Below are positions 10,835 to 19,426 of a stretch of DNA of 64,000 nucleotides, in pieces. The DNA comes from Candidatus Komeilibacteria bacterium RIFOXYD1_FULL_37_29. GTDB lineage: Bacteria > Patescibacteriota > Patescibacteriia > UBA1558 > GWA2-36-10. A program made the translations under genes and the position numbers. The DNA is taken from contig MHKS01000005.1 in NCBI GenBank assembly GCA_001818495.1, forward strand, positions 250,038 through 314,037, in the 5' to 3' direction. A model generated the notes under the pieces. That model saw only the letters and a list, made by a program, of their open reading frames with translations. It was not told the DNA's origin and searched no databases. Numbering within the stretch: the stretch's first letter is position 1; each line of letters opens with the position of its first letter.

Positions 10835-11731
10835 ATGTTTGATGACTTAAAACAAGACAGTCCAATAAAATCAACTGCTCCCAATGGAGCGTCCAATACG
10901 AACAACTCGACAGTTCGTCAACCCCAAAGAGCGACTGGTATTGATGATATGTTTGATGATGTGGATCCGGTAGCTAGTGCAAGTAGCGGTGGACCAGTTG
11001 ATCCCAACAAACCTAGTGCTGTAAAGTCGGGTAAGATTAAGGTAGTTTCTCAAACCAACTTACCTACCAGCGCCCAGGCGGCTTCTCAGGTGGCTAGCTA
11101 TCCAGTTATACCACAGCCAGTTCGACCATCTAGCATGCCCACTATGTCACTAGATGATTCTATGGTTGTGACCGACGGAAGATCCAATGGCGTTATGAGA
11201 AAAATAATTATTACTTTTTTAGTCATTGTTCTTTTGGCCTTGGTCGGCGGGGGAGTTTATTATTTCTTTTTAAGAACTAATGGTTTGGACAATAACGCTC
11301 AGCCAAACGATAATGCCAATAATAATGTGGCTAATGAAAATAATAATCAAGTGGATGTATTTAATGAATCCGACCAAGAGCCGACAATCAATGAAGATGA
11401 ATTGGATGATGATTTTGATGGACTGAGCAATGGTTTAGAAAAGACCTATGGCACCAATCCTTTGGAAGTAGATAGTGATAATGACGGAGTTTTTGATCAA
11501 GATGAGGTCGAAACCCACAAGACTGATCCCTTAGCTGATGATAGTGATAGCGACGGACTTAGTGATTATCAGGAAATTATTATTTATAAGTCCGATCCCA
11601 ATGATCCCGATACAGATGGAGACACATTTTTAGACGGTGTGGAGGTGCTAAATGGTTATAATCCACTAGGTGCTGGTAAATTGGAAGAGGCTACTTCTAC
11701 TAGTAATTTAAATACTAACAATACTTTATAA
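10835..11731 (+). CDS. Single-pass membrane protein with an Asn-rich linker and thrombospondin type-3-like Ca-binding repeats
   Basis: TM helix IIITFLVIVLLALVGGGVYYFFL. Repeats DSDNDGVFDQDE, DDSDSDGLSDYQE and DPDTDGDTFLDG, all of D-x-D-x-DG-x-x-D-x-x-E type. Confidence 0.7.
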   Translation: MFDDLKQDSPIKSTAPNGASNTNNSTVRQPQRATGIDDMFDDVDPVASASSGGPVDPNKPSAVKSGKIKVVSQTNLPTSAQAASQVASYPVIPQPVRPSSMPTMSLDDSMVVTDGRSNGVMRKIIITFLVIVLLALVGGGVYYFFLRTNGLDNNAQPNDNANNNVANENNNQVDVFNESDQEPTINEDELDDDFDGLSNGLEKTYGTNPLEVDSDNDGVFDQDEVETHKTDPLADDSDSDGLSDYQEIIIYKSDPNDPDTDGDTFLDGVEVLNGYNPLGAGKLEEATSTSNLNTNNTL

Positions 11732-11735
11732 AATT

Positions 11736-12854
11736 ATGTTTAATGATCAGAATGTAAATAATCATTCGAGTGGCTTTGGTCGGGGCGATAATAACGGTTT
11801 TGGTAAAAAAAATAGCGCAGCTTTGGGCAATATTTTAGGTGTACAGAAAGAGGTGGTTAATGTCCATGCTATGCCATCCAAGTTTGTCACCACCACTCAG
11901 CGAACCGGCCATTTAACTACTGCTAGTGGAGCCAAAGGATCGGGGCGCAAATTATTATTAATTACTATTTCCTTGATTTTAGTAATCATTGTAGTAATTG
12001 GGGGAATTATGTATTTTGTTAATGGTGGAAAAGAAAAACTCAATTTTAGCCAACTATTTGGTCAAAATTTAGATTCTAATAATGTAGCCAATGAAAGTGT
12101 CAATCAGAATATAAATGACAACACAAACGACAACACCAATGAAGTAGTCAATGACAATACCAATCAGAATATAAACGACAACACCAACGACAACACCAAT
12201 GAAGTAGTCAATGACAATACCAATCAGAATATAAATGACAACACAAACGACAACACCAACGAAACTCCAAATTATCAGCCCGCTGTTGATACAGATGGAG
12301 ACGGTTTAACTACTGAAGAAGAATTGGTCTTTGGCACCAATCCGGATTTGGAGGACACCGATAAAGATGGTTATAAAGATGGACAAGAAATAACTAGTCT
12401 TTATAATCCTTTAGTACCAGCCCAAGATTTATTTTCTTCGGGCCTAGTTAAAAAATTTATTTCCTCCAATTATGGTTATACATTTTTTAGACCCAACACT
12501 TGGACAGCCAAGGTGGTCGGTACAGTTAGTAATATTATTATTTTGCCGGATTCTGAATCTGGTGAATCATTTAATATTGAAATAACGACTAATCCAGAAA
12601 ATAAAACACTTAGCCAGTTATTAGATGAAACGGGTAGTGTTTTTGTTGACGCTGAAAATTATAGTCTAGCTGGAGCACCGGCCTATCGTTCATTAGATGG
12701 CCGTAAAGTATCGGCTATCAGTAACGGTTTTTTATTCGTTATTTCTCACAATGTTAGTGGTTTAGGTGAAGTTAGTTTTGATAATATTTTTGAGATGATG
12801 TTAAAAAGTTTTACCTGGACGGAAATAGAGAGCCCCGATGTCAATGAATTATAA
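11736..12854 (+). CDS. Single-pass membrane protein with a tandem Asn/Asp/Thr repeat, TSP3-like repeats and a C-terminal globular domain
   Basis: TM helix LLLITISLILVIIVVIGGIMYFV. Three 20-aa peptide repeats NDNTNEVVNDNTNQNINDNT. TSP3-like motifs DTDGDGLTTEEE and DTDKDGYKDGQE. Same architecture as the upstream gene, which suggests paralogs. Confidence 0.7.
   Translation: MFNDQNVNNHSSGFGRGDNNGFGKKNSAALGNILGVQKEVVNVHAMPSKFVTTTQRTGHLTTASGAKGSGRKLLLITISLILVIIVVIGGIMYFVNGGKEKLNFSQLFGQNLDSNNVANESVNQNINDNTNDNTNEVVNDNTNQNINDNTNDNTNEVVNDNTNQNINDNTNDNTNETPNYQPAVDTDGDGLTTEEELVFGTNPDLEDTDKDGYKDGQEITSLYNPLVPAQDLFSSGLVKKFISSNYGYTFFRPNTWTAKVVGTVSNIIILPDSESGESFNIEITTNPENKTLSQLLDETGSVFVDAENYSLAGAPAYRSLDGRKVSAISNGFLFVISHNVSGLGEVSFDNIFEMMLKSFTWTEIESPDVNEL
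12110..12265. repeat. Intragenic 60-bp tandem repeat of about 2.6 copies (caatcagaatataaaYgacaacacMaacgacaacaccaatgaagtagtcaatgacaatac)
   Basis: A near-identical 60-bp unit is repeated in frame inside CDS 11736..12854. Confidence 0.8.
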
Positions 12855-13260
12855 GTTATTAAATTTGAATAAAGCCGGTCAGGTGGCTGATTTTTCTTGG
12901 TTGGGTAATCTGGAAAAGATAGTGAGAAATAAGTTTAAATTAAAAAAACAAATATCCATTGCTCTAATTGGAGAAAGGGAAATTAAAAATTTAAATCGTT
13001 TTTATCGGAAGAAAAATAAAATTACGGATGTCCTATCTTTTGGGGTAGCCAATGATTATATTTTAGGGGAAGTATTAATCTGTACCGATCAGGCGCGTCG
13101 GCAGGCTAAAACAAAAAAACAGACTTATCGAGCTGAATTACAGCTTCTGACAATTCATGGAATTTTACATCTTTTGGGTTATGATCATGAAAAGAGTATC
13201 AAAGAGCAAGTTCGTCAGGAGACCACGGAGAACAAAATATTAGTTGATTTAAATACATAA
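12838..13260 (+). CDS. ybeY: Endoribonuclease YbeY (rRNA maturation factor)
   Basis: Carries the diagnostic H-x-x-x-H-x-x-x-x-x-H metal site HGILHLLGYDHE. Size 140 aa. Overlaps the upstream gene by 17 nt. Confidence 0.85.
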   Translation: MSMNYKLLNLNKAGQVADFSWLGNLEKIVRNKFKLKKQISIALIGEREIKNLNRFYRKKNKITDVLSFGVANDYILGEVLICTDQARRQAKTKKQTYRAELQLLTIHGILHLLGYDHEKSIKEQVRQETTENKILVDLNT

Positions 13261-13262
13261 TA

Positions 13263-13604
13263 ATGAATTGGAATTTTTATAGAAATTTTAGATTTGCTTT
13301 TCGGGGCCTTAAAAATGTTTTTTATACAGAAAAAACTTTTCGTTTGCATACCTTGATTGCTCTTTTAGTCATTGCCTATTCTTGGTATCAGGGACTGGAA
13401 AAGATTTATTGGGTAGTAGTTTTGATGATTATTGCACTGGTTATGTCTTTGGAAATTTTTAATTCAGCCATTGAGAGACTAGTAGACATGTTGGCTCCGC
13501 GTACCCACAATTTTGCCAAAGAAATCAAAGATCTTTTGGCCGCTATGGTGCTTTTGGTCTCACTTTTTGCCGCGGCCATCGGTTTTATTGTATTTCTATG
13601 GTAG
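13263..13604 (+). CDS. dgkA: Diacylglycerol/undecaprenol kinase family membrane protein (DgkA-like)
   Basis: 113 aa with three hydrophobic helices and the DgkA-type motif EIFNSAIERLVDM. Confidence 0.6.
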   Translation: MNWNFYRNFRFAFRGLKNVFYTEKTFRLHTLIALLVIAYSWYQGLEKIYWVVVLMIIALVMSLEIFNSAIERLVDMLAPRTHNFAKEIKDLLAAMVLLVSLFAAAIGFIVFLW

Positions 13605-13699
13605 TTTATAAATAATTTGTATATTGAGAGTAAAAAAGGGTCTAATCAATTTGGCAAATATAGATAATTTAGTTATAATTAATAATCATAAGACATAAA

Positions 13700-14950
13700 A
13701 TGGTCAGTAACAGGGACATCATTACCGGTTTGGATATCGGCACTAACGCGATTAGGATAGTCATGGGGCAAAGAATGCCCGAGGGCCGTCTTAAGATTAT
13801 TGGTGCGGCTGACACTCCCTCGGAAGGGATTATTAGGGGTAGTATAAATTCTATCGAAGAGGCTGTTTCAGTCATATCCGAGACTATAGAAAAATGTGAA
13901 CGCATGACCGGCATGCGGATTGATAAGATTGTGGTGGGTATTTCTGGTTCACACATTAAAACTATTAGTAGTAAAGGTGTGGTAGCGGTGGCCAAGGCCA
14001 ATGAACAGGTAGAAGACTCAGATGTCGAGAGAGCTTTGGAGGTGGCAGAAAATACCACCACTTTGCCAAATTATGAGATACTACATGTTTTGCCAATTAG
14101 TTACAATTTGGATGATCAAAAGAACATTCGCGAGCCCCAAGGGATGAGTGGCGTGCGTTTGGAAGTAGAAACTCAAGTAGTGCTGGCTTTGTCTTCGCAG
14201 GTCAAAAATATGACCAAAGTTATTTATCGAACGGGAGTAGATATTGAGTTTATAGTTTTTTCTATTTTAGCTACAGCCGAAGCAGTTTTGACTGTCAAGC
14301 AAAAAGAATTGGGTGTGGCTGTAGTCAATATTGGTTCAGCCACCACTTCTTTGGCTGTTTTTGAAGAAGGCAATATTTTACACACCGCAGTTTTACCCGT
14401 TGGTGCTGGACATATCACCAACGATTTAGCGATTGGTCTGAAAACATCAGTGGAAGTAGCCGAGTCTGTCAAGATAGACCACGGTCAAGCCATTGATGAT
14501 GGAATTTCCAAAAGAGATGAAGTGGATTTACACAAATATTCCGAGGAAGAAAAGAAGGGTTCTTATGTTTATAAAAAAGACATTGTTGATATTGCTCAGG
14601 CCAGACTCGAAGAAATATTTTCTTTGGTTAAAGACGAGCTTAAAGCCATTGATCGCGATGGTAAATTGCCGGGCGGTATAATACTGACTGGTGGCGGAGC
14701 CAAGATGCCAATGATCGTTGATCTAGCTAAAGATGTTTTAGAACTGCCAGTTTTTTTGGGCATGCCAGTTGACAGCCATTTTCCCATTGATAAATTAAAC
14801 GATACAGAATATACTACAGCTCTCGGCTTGGTGCTGTGGGCCAATAAAAATATGGAAGGTGGCCGAGGTATCTTGGGTAATATATCCGCAATTTCCCAAA
14901 GTACCGATAGAATGAAACGTTGGTTCAAATCACTTTGGCCATCATCTTAA
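13700..14950 (+). CDS. ftsA: Cell division protein FtsA
   Basis: Actin-fold N-terminus ITGLDIGTNAIRIV. 416 aa. Lies immediately upstream of ftsZ. Confidence 0.85.
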   Translation: MVSNRDIITGLDIGTNAIRIVMGQRMPEGRLKIIGAADTPSEGIIRGSINSIEEAVSVISETIEKCERMTGMRIDKIVVGISGSHIKTISSKGVVAVAKANEQVEDSDVERALEVAENTTTLPNYEILHVLPISYNLDDQKNIREPQGMSGVRLEVETQVVLALSSQVKNMTKVIYRTGVDIEFIVFSILATAEAVLTVKQKELGVAVVNIGSATTSLAVFEEGNILHTAVLPVGAGHITNDLAIGLKTSVEVAESVKIDHGQAIDDGISKRDEVDLHKYSEEEKKGSYVYKKDIVDIAQARLEEIFSLVKDELKAIDRDGKLPGGIILTGGGAKMPMIVDLAKDVLELPVFLGMPVDSHFPIDKLNDTEYTTALGLVLWANKNMEGGRGILGNISAISQSTDRMKRWFKSLWPSS

Positions 14951-14977
14951 AAATTATATTTATTTAAATTTAAAATA

Positions 14978-16159
14978 ATGGTAAAAAAGAATATCAAAGA
15001 AGTTATGCCGCCGATAGAGACTTTTGCTAATATCAAAGTAATTGGTGTTGGTGGTTCTGGTGGATCAGCTGTCAATCGTATGGTTGCTTCCAAAATTAGA
15101 GGAGTTGATTTTATTGCTGTAAATACCGATGCCCAGGCTTTACATAGTTCTATTGCTCCTCGCAAAATTCATATTGGTAAAACTACCACCAAAGGATTGG
15201 GGGCTGGCATGGATCCAGATTTGGGCCTAAAGAGTGCCGAAGAAAATGAGCAGGATATCATGGAACATATTGCTGGAGCCGATATGGTGTTTATTACTTG
15301 CGGTTTGGGAGGGGGAACTGGTACTGGGGCGGCACCACTAATTGCTGATTTGGCTAGAGAAGCTGGAGCACTGACTGTCGCGGTAGTGACCAAACCATTT
15401 ACTTTTGAAGGGGTCCAAAGAAAAGCCATTGCTGAAAGAGGACTAGAAAGACTGATTGATAAAGTCGATACTATTATTACCATTCCCAATGATCGCTTAC
15501 TGCAAATTATTGATAAAAAAACTTCATTGCTTGAAGCTTTCTCTATTGTTGATGAGGTTTTAAAACAGGGTGTCCAGGGAATTTCGGAGGTCATTACTGT
15601 TCCGGGACTGGTCAATGTAGACTTTGCCGATGTCAAAGCGATTATGAGTTCAGCCGGTAGCGCTTTGATGGGCATTGGTACAGCTAGTGGTGAAAACAGA
15701 GCTCGGGATGCTGCTAAAGCTGCTATTGATAGTCCGCTTTTGGAGCTATCAATAAATGGCGCCACTGGTGTGCTATTTACTATTTCTGGTGCTAGCGATT
15801 TGACTATGTATGAGGTCAATGAAGCAGCCGAGGTGATTACTGGTAGCTGTGATCCAGAAGCAAAAATAATTTTTGGTACAGTGATTGATGAGGCCTTGGG
15901 TGATAAAGTAAAGGTAACGGTTATTGCCACCGGCTTTAAGGGCAATGATAATATGACTGTAAAGTCCAATGTTTCTTCTAGCCACAGTATGAGTCATCCG
16001 GAAAATTTTGCCAAAAAATCTGAAGAAAGAAAAATGAAGCAGGCTTTTGAAAAAGAAAGAGATGATAGAGTAGAAGAAGTAGTGGATGTGCCAAAAACTC
16101 AAAAAGAAGAAGAACTTGATATACCGGCATTTTTACGAAAAAAACTAAGGAACAGATAA
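14978..16159 (+). CDS. ftsZ: Cell division GTPase FtsZ
   Basis: Tubulin signature GLGGGTGTGAAP. N-terminal IKVIGVGGSGGSAVNRM. Charged C-terminal tail ending DIPAFLRKK. Confidence 0.95.
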   Translation: MVKKNIKEVMPPIETFANIKVIGVGGSGGSAVNRMVASKIRGVDFIAVNTDAQALHSSIAPRKIHIGKTTTKGLGAGMDPDLGLKSAEENEQDIMEHIAGADMVFITCGLGGGTGTGAAPLIADLAREAGALTVAVVTKPFTFEGVQRKAIAERGLERLIDKVDTIITIPNDRLLQIIDKKTSLLEAFSIVDEVLKQGVQGISEVITVPGLVNVDFADVKAIMSSAGSALMGIGTASGENRARDAAKAAIDSPLLELSINGATGVLFTISGASDLTMYEVNEAAEVITGSCDPEAKIIFGTVIDEALGDKVKVTVIATGFKGNDNMTVKSNVSSSHSMSHPENFAKKSEERKMKQAFEKERDDRVEEVVDVPKTQKEEELDIPAFLRKKLRNR

Positions 16160-16168
16160 AATGAATCC

Positions 16169-16230
16169 CGTTAGAAATTCAAATTGTATTACTAATGGGA
16201 TAATATAAACAAGTATAAATTTCTAACGGG
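16169..16230 (+). promoter_or_regulatory. Inverted repeat (12-bp arms CCCGTTAGAAAT / ATTTCTAACGGG, 38-nt spacer) between ftsZ and nrdR, abutting the nrdR start codon
   Basis: A perfect 12-bp inverted repeat is read directly. The 5' arm is the motif that recurs at 16985 and 63606. Confidence 0.5.
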
Positions 16231-16704
16231 ATGAACTGTCCGGTTTGTGCTAATAAAGATACTAAAGTAGTAGACTCTCGTCTGGGTGGCGAGGGTTTTA
16301 GTATTCGCCGTCGTCGTTTATGTGCCAAATGTAGTTTTCGTTTTTCTACAGTGGAAAAGATGGAAATCTTGGATTTGACCGTGATCAAACGCGATGGTCG
16401 TCGGGAAAATTATAATAAAGAAAAATTAATCAGAGGTCTTAGAACATCTTTAGAAAAAAGACAGTATTTGGAGGATGATTTTTATAAATTGATCAACGAG
16501 ATTGAAAAAGATATTCAAAAAGACGCTAAAAACGAGATAACTTCTAAAAAAATTGGTGAAATAGTCATGAAGCAGCTGAAATCTTTTGATCAGGTGGCTT
16601 ATATCCGCTATGCTTCAGTTTATCGGTCTTTTAAAGATGTCCAGACATTTCAAAAAGAACTCAATCAACTACTGAGAAAAAAGAAAATCAGGCCTCGCTT
16701 GTAG
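16231..16704 (+). CDS. nrdR: Transcriptional repressor NrdR (zinc ribbon + ATP-cone)
   Basis: MNCPVCANKDTKVVDSRLGGEGFSIRRRRLCAKCSFRFSTVE is the canonical NrdR N-terminus with a CxxC...CxxC ribbon. 157 aa. Confidence 0.95.
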   Translation: MNCPVCANKDTKVVDSRLGGEGFSIRRRRLCAKCSFRFSTVEKMEILDLTVIKRDGRRENYNKEKLIRGLRTSLEKRQYLEDDFYKLINEIEKDIQKDAKNEITSKKIGEIVMKQLKSFDQVAYIRYASVYRSFKDVQTFQKELNQLLRKKKIRPRL

Positions 16705-16764
16705 GCTACGGTCGAGGGAAAATAGTTATCCACTTGTGGGCTATTTTTTTTCATGTTAAGATCA

Positions 16765-16955
16765 TATTACTTTGACAATTCAATCAGGGAAGTGAGGTGT
16801 GAATCCTCTACAGTCCTAGCTACGGTAAGCTCCATGCAAGTATTATGGGGACAAGTCCGATACCTGAGATATTTGCTTTCTCCTAAGGAGAGAAGAGCTA
16901 AATTTATTAACCAATAACTTTAACTCTGCTTTTCTTAGGGCAGAGATTTTTTGTA
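16765..16955 (+). ncRNA. Cobalamin (B12) riboswitch aptamer with a downstream intrinsic terminator as expression platform
   Basis: Core GGGAAGTGAGGTGTGAATCCTCTACAGTCC...GCTACGGTAAG at 16787-16830 matches the conserved cobalamin-riboswitch core GGGAA..GGTG.GAATCC..C.G.C...GC.AC.GTAAG (compare E. coli btuB GGGAATCCAGTGCGAATCTGGAGCTGACGCGCAGCGGTAAGG). A B12-box-like AAGTCCGATACCTG lies at 16852-16866. A terminator hairpin CTCTGC-ttttcttagg-GCAGAG plus a T-run lies at 16925-16953. Confidence 0.75.
16925..16955 (+). terminator. Intrinsic terminator (riboswitch expression platform)
   Basis: Stem CTCTGC/GCAGAG with a 10-nt loop, followed by ATTTTTTG. Confidence 0.7.
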
Positions 16956-17037
16956 TATAATTTATAATTTAAAATATTATGAACCCCGTTAGAAATTCAT
17001 AAAATATAGCGGGGGAATAAAGAGTAAATATAATATT

Positions 17038-18837
17038 ATGAAAGTTACTAAAATTTTTAACGGGGCGAAAAAAATTATTCTTATTATTTTGGCCATAATT
17101 ACTTTGGTTATTCCCAGTTTGATTTTGGCAGACAATAATACCACCATTAGTTATTTAAAAGGACAAAATCAAAATGCCTGGATTAGTCAGGCTCTTACGG
17201 CTGCTTCAGTAGAAGAAGTGGATATTTCCTATCTAGACTATCAAACTACTGACTTGATGACAGCTGCTAAAAATATTTTGGTTTTAGCCGCTGTAAAATC
17301 TCCGGAAACAGTCAAAATAAATCAGCTAGTAGAAGTTATAGTTACTAGCAAAAATAATGGCCAATTTGGTTCAGTAGATTTATTAAATGATGATTTTTGG
17401 GCTATTTTAGCTTTGGCCTCAGTCAAGCATTTAGATAATACTCAAGATGTTAAAAATTTTATTTTAGAGCACCAAAACAGCGACGGTGGTTGGAGTTGGG
17501 CCAAAAATGGCGCCTCTGATAGCAACGACACAGCCGCCGCTATTATGGCTTTACTTGATTGGGGACTTACTAGCTCATCAACCGAGATCACCAGAGCTTT
17601 GGGTTATTTAAAGAGCGTTCAAAATGATGATGGTGGTTTTGCTTATGATATAGGTAGTCTATCTGATGGAGCTTCGACCGCTTGGATTATGGCGTCTTTA
17701 AATAAAGCAGAGATTAGCGCTAGTAGTTGGCAAAAAAATAATAATAACCCCGTAGCTTTTTTAGAAAATCTTAGACAAGATGACGGGTCATTTTTGTGGA
17801 TGCCGTCTGATGACCACGGTTCTAGTATGGTCACAGCTTATGCTTTATTAGCCCTAAGTGGCCAGAGCTATCCAGTAAATTATATAGACATAGGTACAGA
17901 AGACGAAGAACCGATTTCTGGTCATAGTTTGCGGATTGAAGGGCCAGAGGGCACTATTTGTTTGGCTAGTGGCTTACAGGCCCAAACAGTTTTGGATTTA
18001 TTGGAATTGGGCGCTGAGGTCTGTGATTTTGAATATGTGCTTCAAGACAGCTCTTATGGTACTTATGTTTCGGCTATTGGTGGCTTGAGTGGTCAGGGGA
18101 TGAATGGCTGGCAATATTTTGTCGATTGGCAACCGGCTATGGTAGCGGCTCCTGATTATATTTTAGAGGGTCATCAGGGTGTCTTGTGGGCTTATGGTGG
18201 TTGGCCTTTTTATCCGGTCAGAGTAGAAATAAATAATACCCGTTTTCAAACCGGAGATACTTTGCTAGCTAGTTTCAATTATTATGATGGAGAAAAGTGG
18301 CTACCGCTTGCCAGTCAAGCTGTGATTTTTGGTAGCGATACCTATCAAACAGATAATTTGGGTAAATTTATTTTTACTTTAAACACGGACGGCATTTGGC
18401 CGCTATTTTCTCAACAGTCCGATCAGTATGTTAGAAGTAATCGGGAGTATATTATTGTTGGTAGTGGAGTGTCTAAAGTAGTGGACTTATCAGTCAAAAT
18501 AGAATCTGGTAGTGGTGGAGTAGGTGATAATACTATTGCTTTTAGTATTGATAAATCTAGCATTGATTTTGGTACCTTAAAACCCGGCCAAGCAGCTGAC
18601 ACTATTGTTTCGCTGGTTAATACCGGCAATGTGGATATTCATATTGAAGCCAGTGTCTTGGGTGATCAGCTTTTTCAAAATTTTACTAGCTTAGATCAGA
18701 ATTTATGGGAAGATTATAATATAGCTTTGTCTAGCAGTGCTTCTCGTCCAGTCAATGTCGGATTGTCTGTCCCTACTACTTTTAATACCCCTGGTCAAAA
18801 GGCCGGTCAATTGATTTTTTGGGCCACTAGTCAATAA
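17038..18837 (+). CDS. Secreted/lipid-anchored transcobalamin-like cobalamin-binding protein. N-terminal alpha/alpha-toroid (prenyltransferase/squalene-cyclase-type) repeats, a DUF4430 (transcobalamin beta-domain-like) module, and C-terminal beta-rich domains.
   Basis: N-terminal signal/TM KKIILIILAIITLVIPSLILA. Repeats SDGGWSW, NDDGGFAY and QDDGSFLW typical of prenyltransferase-like alpha6/alpha6 barrels. The segment TVLDLLELGAEVCDFEYVLQDSSYGTYVSAIGGLSGQGMNGWQYFVDWQPAMVAAPDYILEGHQGVLWAYGGW aligns well by eye with the transcobalamin C-terminal beta-domain (recalled human TCII ...LLDVL...SWGPYITSVQGL...TYWELLSGGEPLSQGAGSYVVRNGENLEVRW). Preceded by a B12 riboswitch. Confidence 0.75.
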   Translation: MKVTKIFNGAKKIILIILAIITLVIPSLILADNNTTISYLKGQNQNAWISQALTAASVEEVDISYLDYQTTDLMTAAKNILVLAAVKSPETVKINQLVEVIVTSKNNGQFGSVDLLNDDFWAILALASVKHLDNTQDVKNFILEHQNSDGGWSWAKNGASDSNDTAAAIMALLDWGLTSSSTEITRALGYLKSVQNDDGGFAYDIGSLSDGASTAWIMASLNKAEISASSWQKNNNNPVAFLENLRQDDGSFLWMPSDDHGSSMVTAYALLALSGQSYPVNYIDIGTEDEEPISGHSLRIEGPEGTICLASGLQAQTVLDLLELGAEVCDFEYVLQDSSYGTYVSAIGGLSGQGMNGWQYFVDWQPAMVAAPDYILEGHQGVLWAYGGWPFYPVRVEINNTRFQTGDTLLASFNYYDGEKWLPLASQAVIFGSDTYQTDNLGKFIFTLNTDGIWPLFSQQSDQYVRSNREYIIVGSGVSKVVDLSVKIESGSGGVGDNTIAFSIDKSSIDFGTLKPGQAADTIVSLVNTGNVDIHIEASVLGDQLFQNFTSLDQNLWEDYNIALSSSASRPVNVGLSVPTTFNTPGQKAGQLIFWATSQ

Positions 18838-18839
18838 AT

Positions 18840-19406
18840 ATGCTAAAAATTTTCTCAGTTCTATTAGTCGTGTTGTTTGGACTACCTCTCACAGTCCAAG
18901 CCGTTGGTTTGTCTGTTTCGCCGTCTTCTCTGGATATTTTTTATCCGGATGTTTTAACACAAAAAATAAAAATACAAAATATTTCTAGTGAGCCTATAAA
19001 AATCTATGTGCGGGCTGATGATTTTTCAAAAGAGATTAGCTTAGAACCGTCGGAGTTTAATTTGTTACCCCAAGAGATTGCTCTGGTAAATATTTCAGCT
19101 GATTTTAAGCATTTATCAGCCGGTGTTAGAAAAACCAATATTTCTGTTTTGTCCCAAGCTCTAGATAAAAAGAGTTTCAATGCTATCTCTGGTATCAAGG
19201 TGCCAGTCAGTATTTATGTTACGGAAAGTTATTTCAAGTGGTCAGGACCAGCTGTCTTTGTCGTAGTGTTTTTGGGCTTGGGAGTTATTTTTATGCTTTG
19301 GTATTTATTGGTTTATATTTTCCGGCTTAAACCCAAGAAAAATAAATTAGCGGGTTTTAACTTTTTGTTACATCATAAGCGGAAAAAGTGGTATAAATGG
19401 TGGTAA
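18840..19406 (+). CDS. Hypothetical bitopic protein (signal peptide, beta-rich domain, C-terminal TM anchor with a basic tail). Probably co-transcribed with the B12-binding protein.
   Basis: Start is 3 nt after the upstream stop. N-terminal signal MLKIFSVLLVVLFGLPLTVQA. C-terminal TM VVVFLGLGVIFMLWYLLVYIF followed by RLKPKKNK. Confidence 0.5.
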   Translation: MLKIFSVLLVVLFGLPLTVQAVGLSVSPSSLDIFYPDVLTQKIKIQNISSEPIKIYVRADDFSKEISLEPSEFNLLPQEIALVNISADFKHLSAGVRKTNISVLSQALDKKSFNAISGIKVPVSIYVTESYFKWSGPAVFVVVFLGLGVIFMLWYLLVYIFRLKPKKNKLAGFNFLLHHKRKKWYKWW

Positions 19407-19426
19407 TTTGTTATGATATTTGGAGT

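Noticed and set aside
15169-16102. Antisense ORFs 15169..15969 (266 aa) and 15773..16102 opposite ftsZ
   Set aside because: ftsZ on the + strand carries unmistakable tubulin/GTPase signatures. The antisense ORF is Ser/Ala/Pro-rich with no motifs.
16161-16230. Hairpin upstream of nrdR as an NrdR box
   Set aside because: The sequence does not resemble the 16-bp NrdR-box palindrome consensus (acaCwAtATaTwGtgt-like). It is kept only as an unexplained recurring motif.
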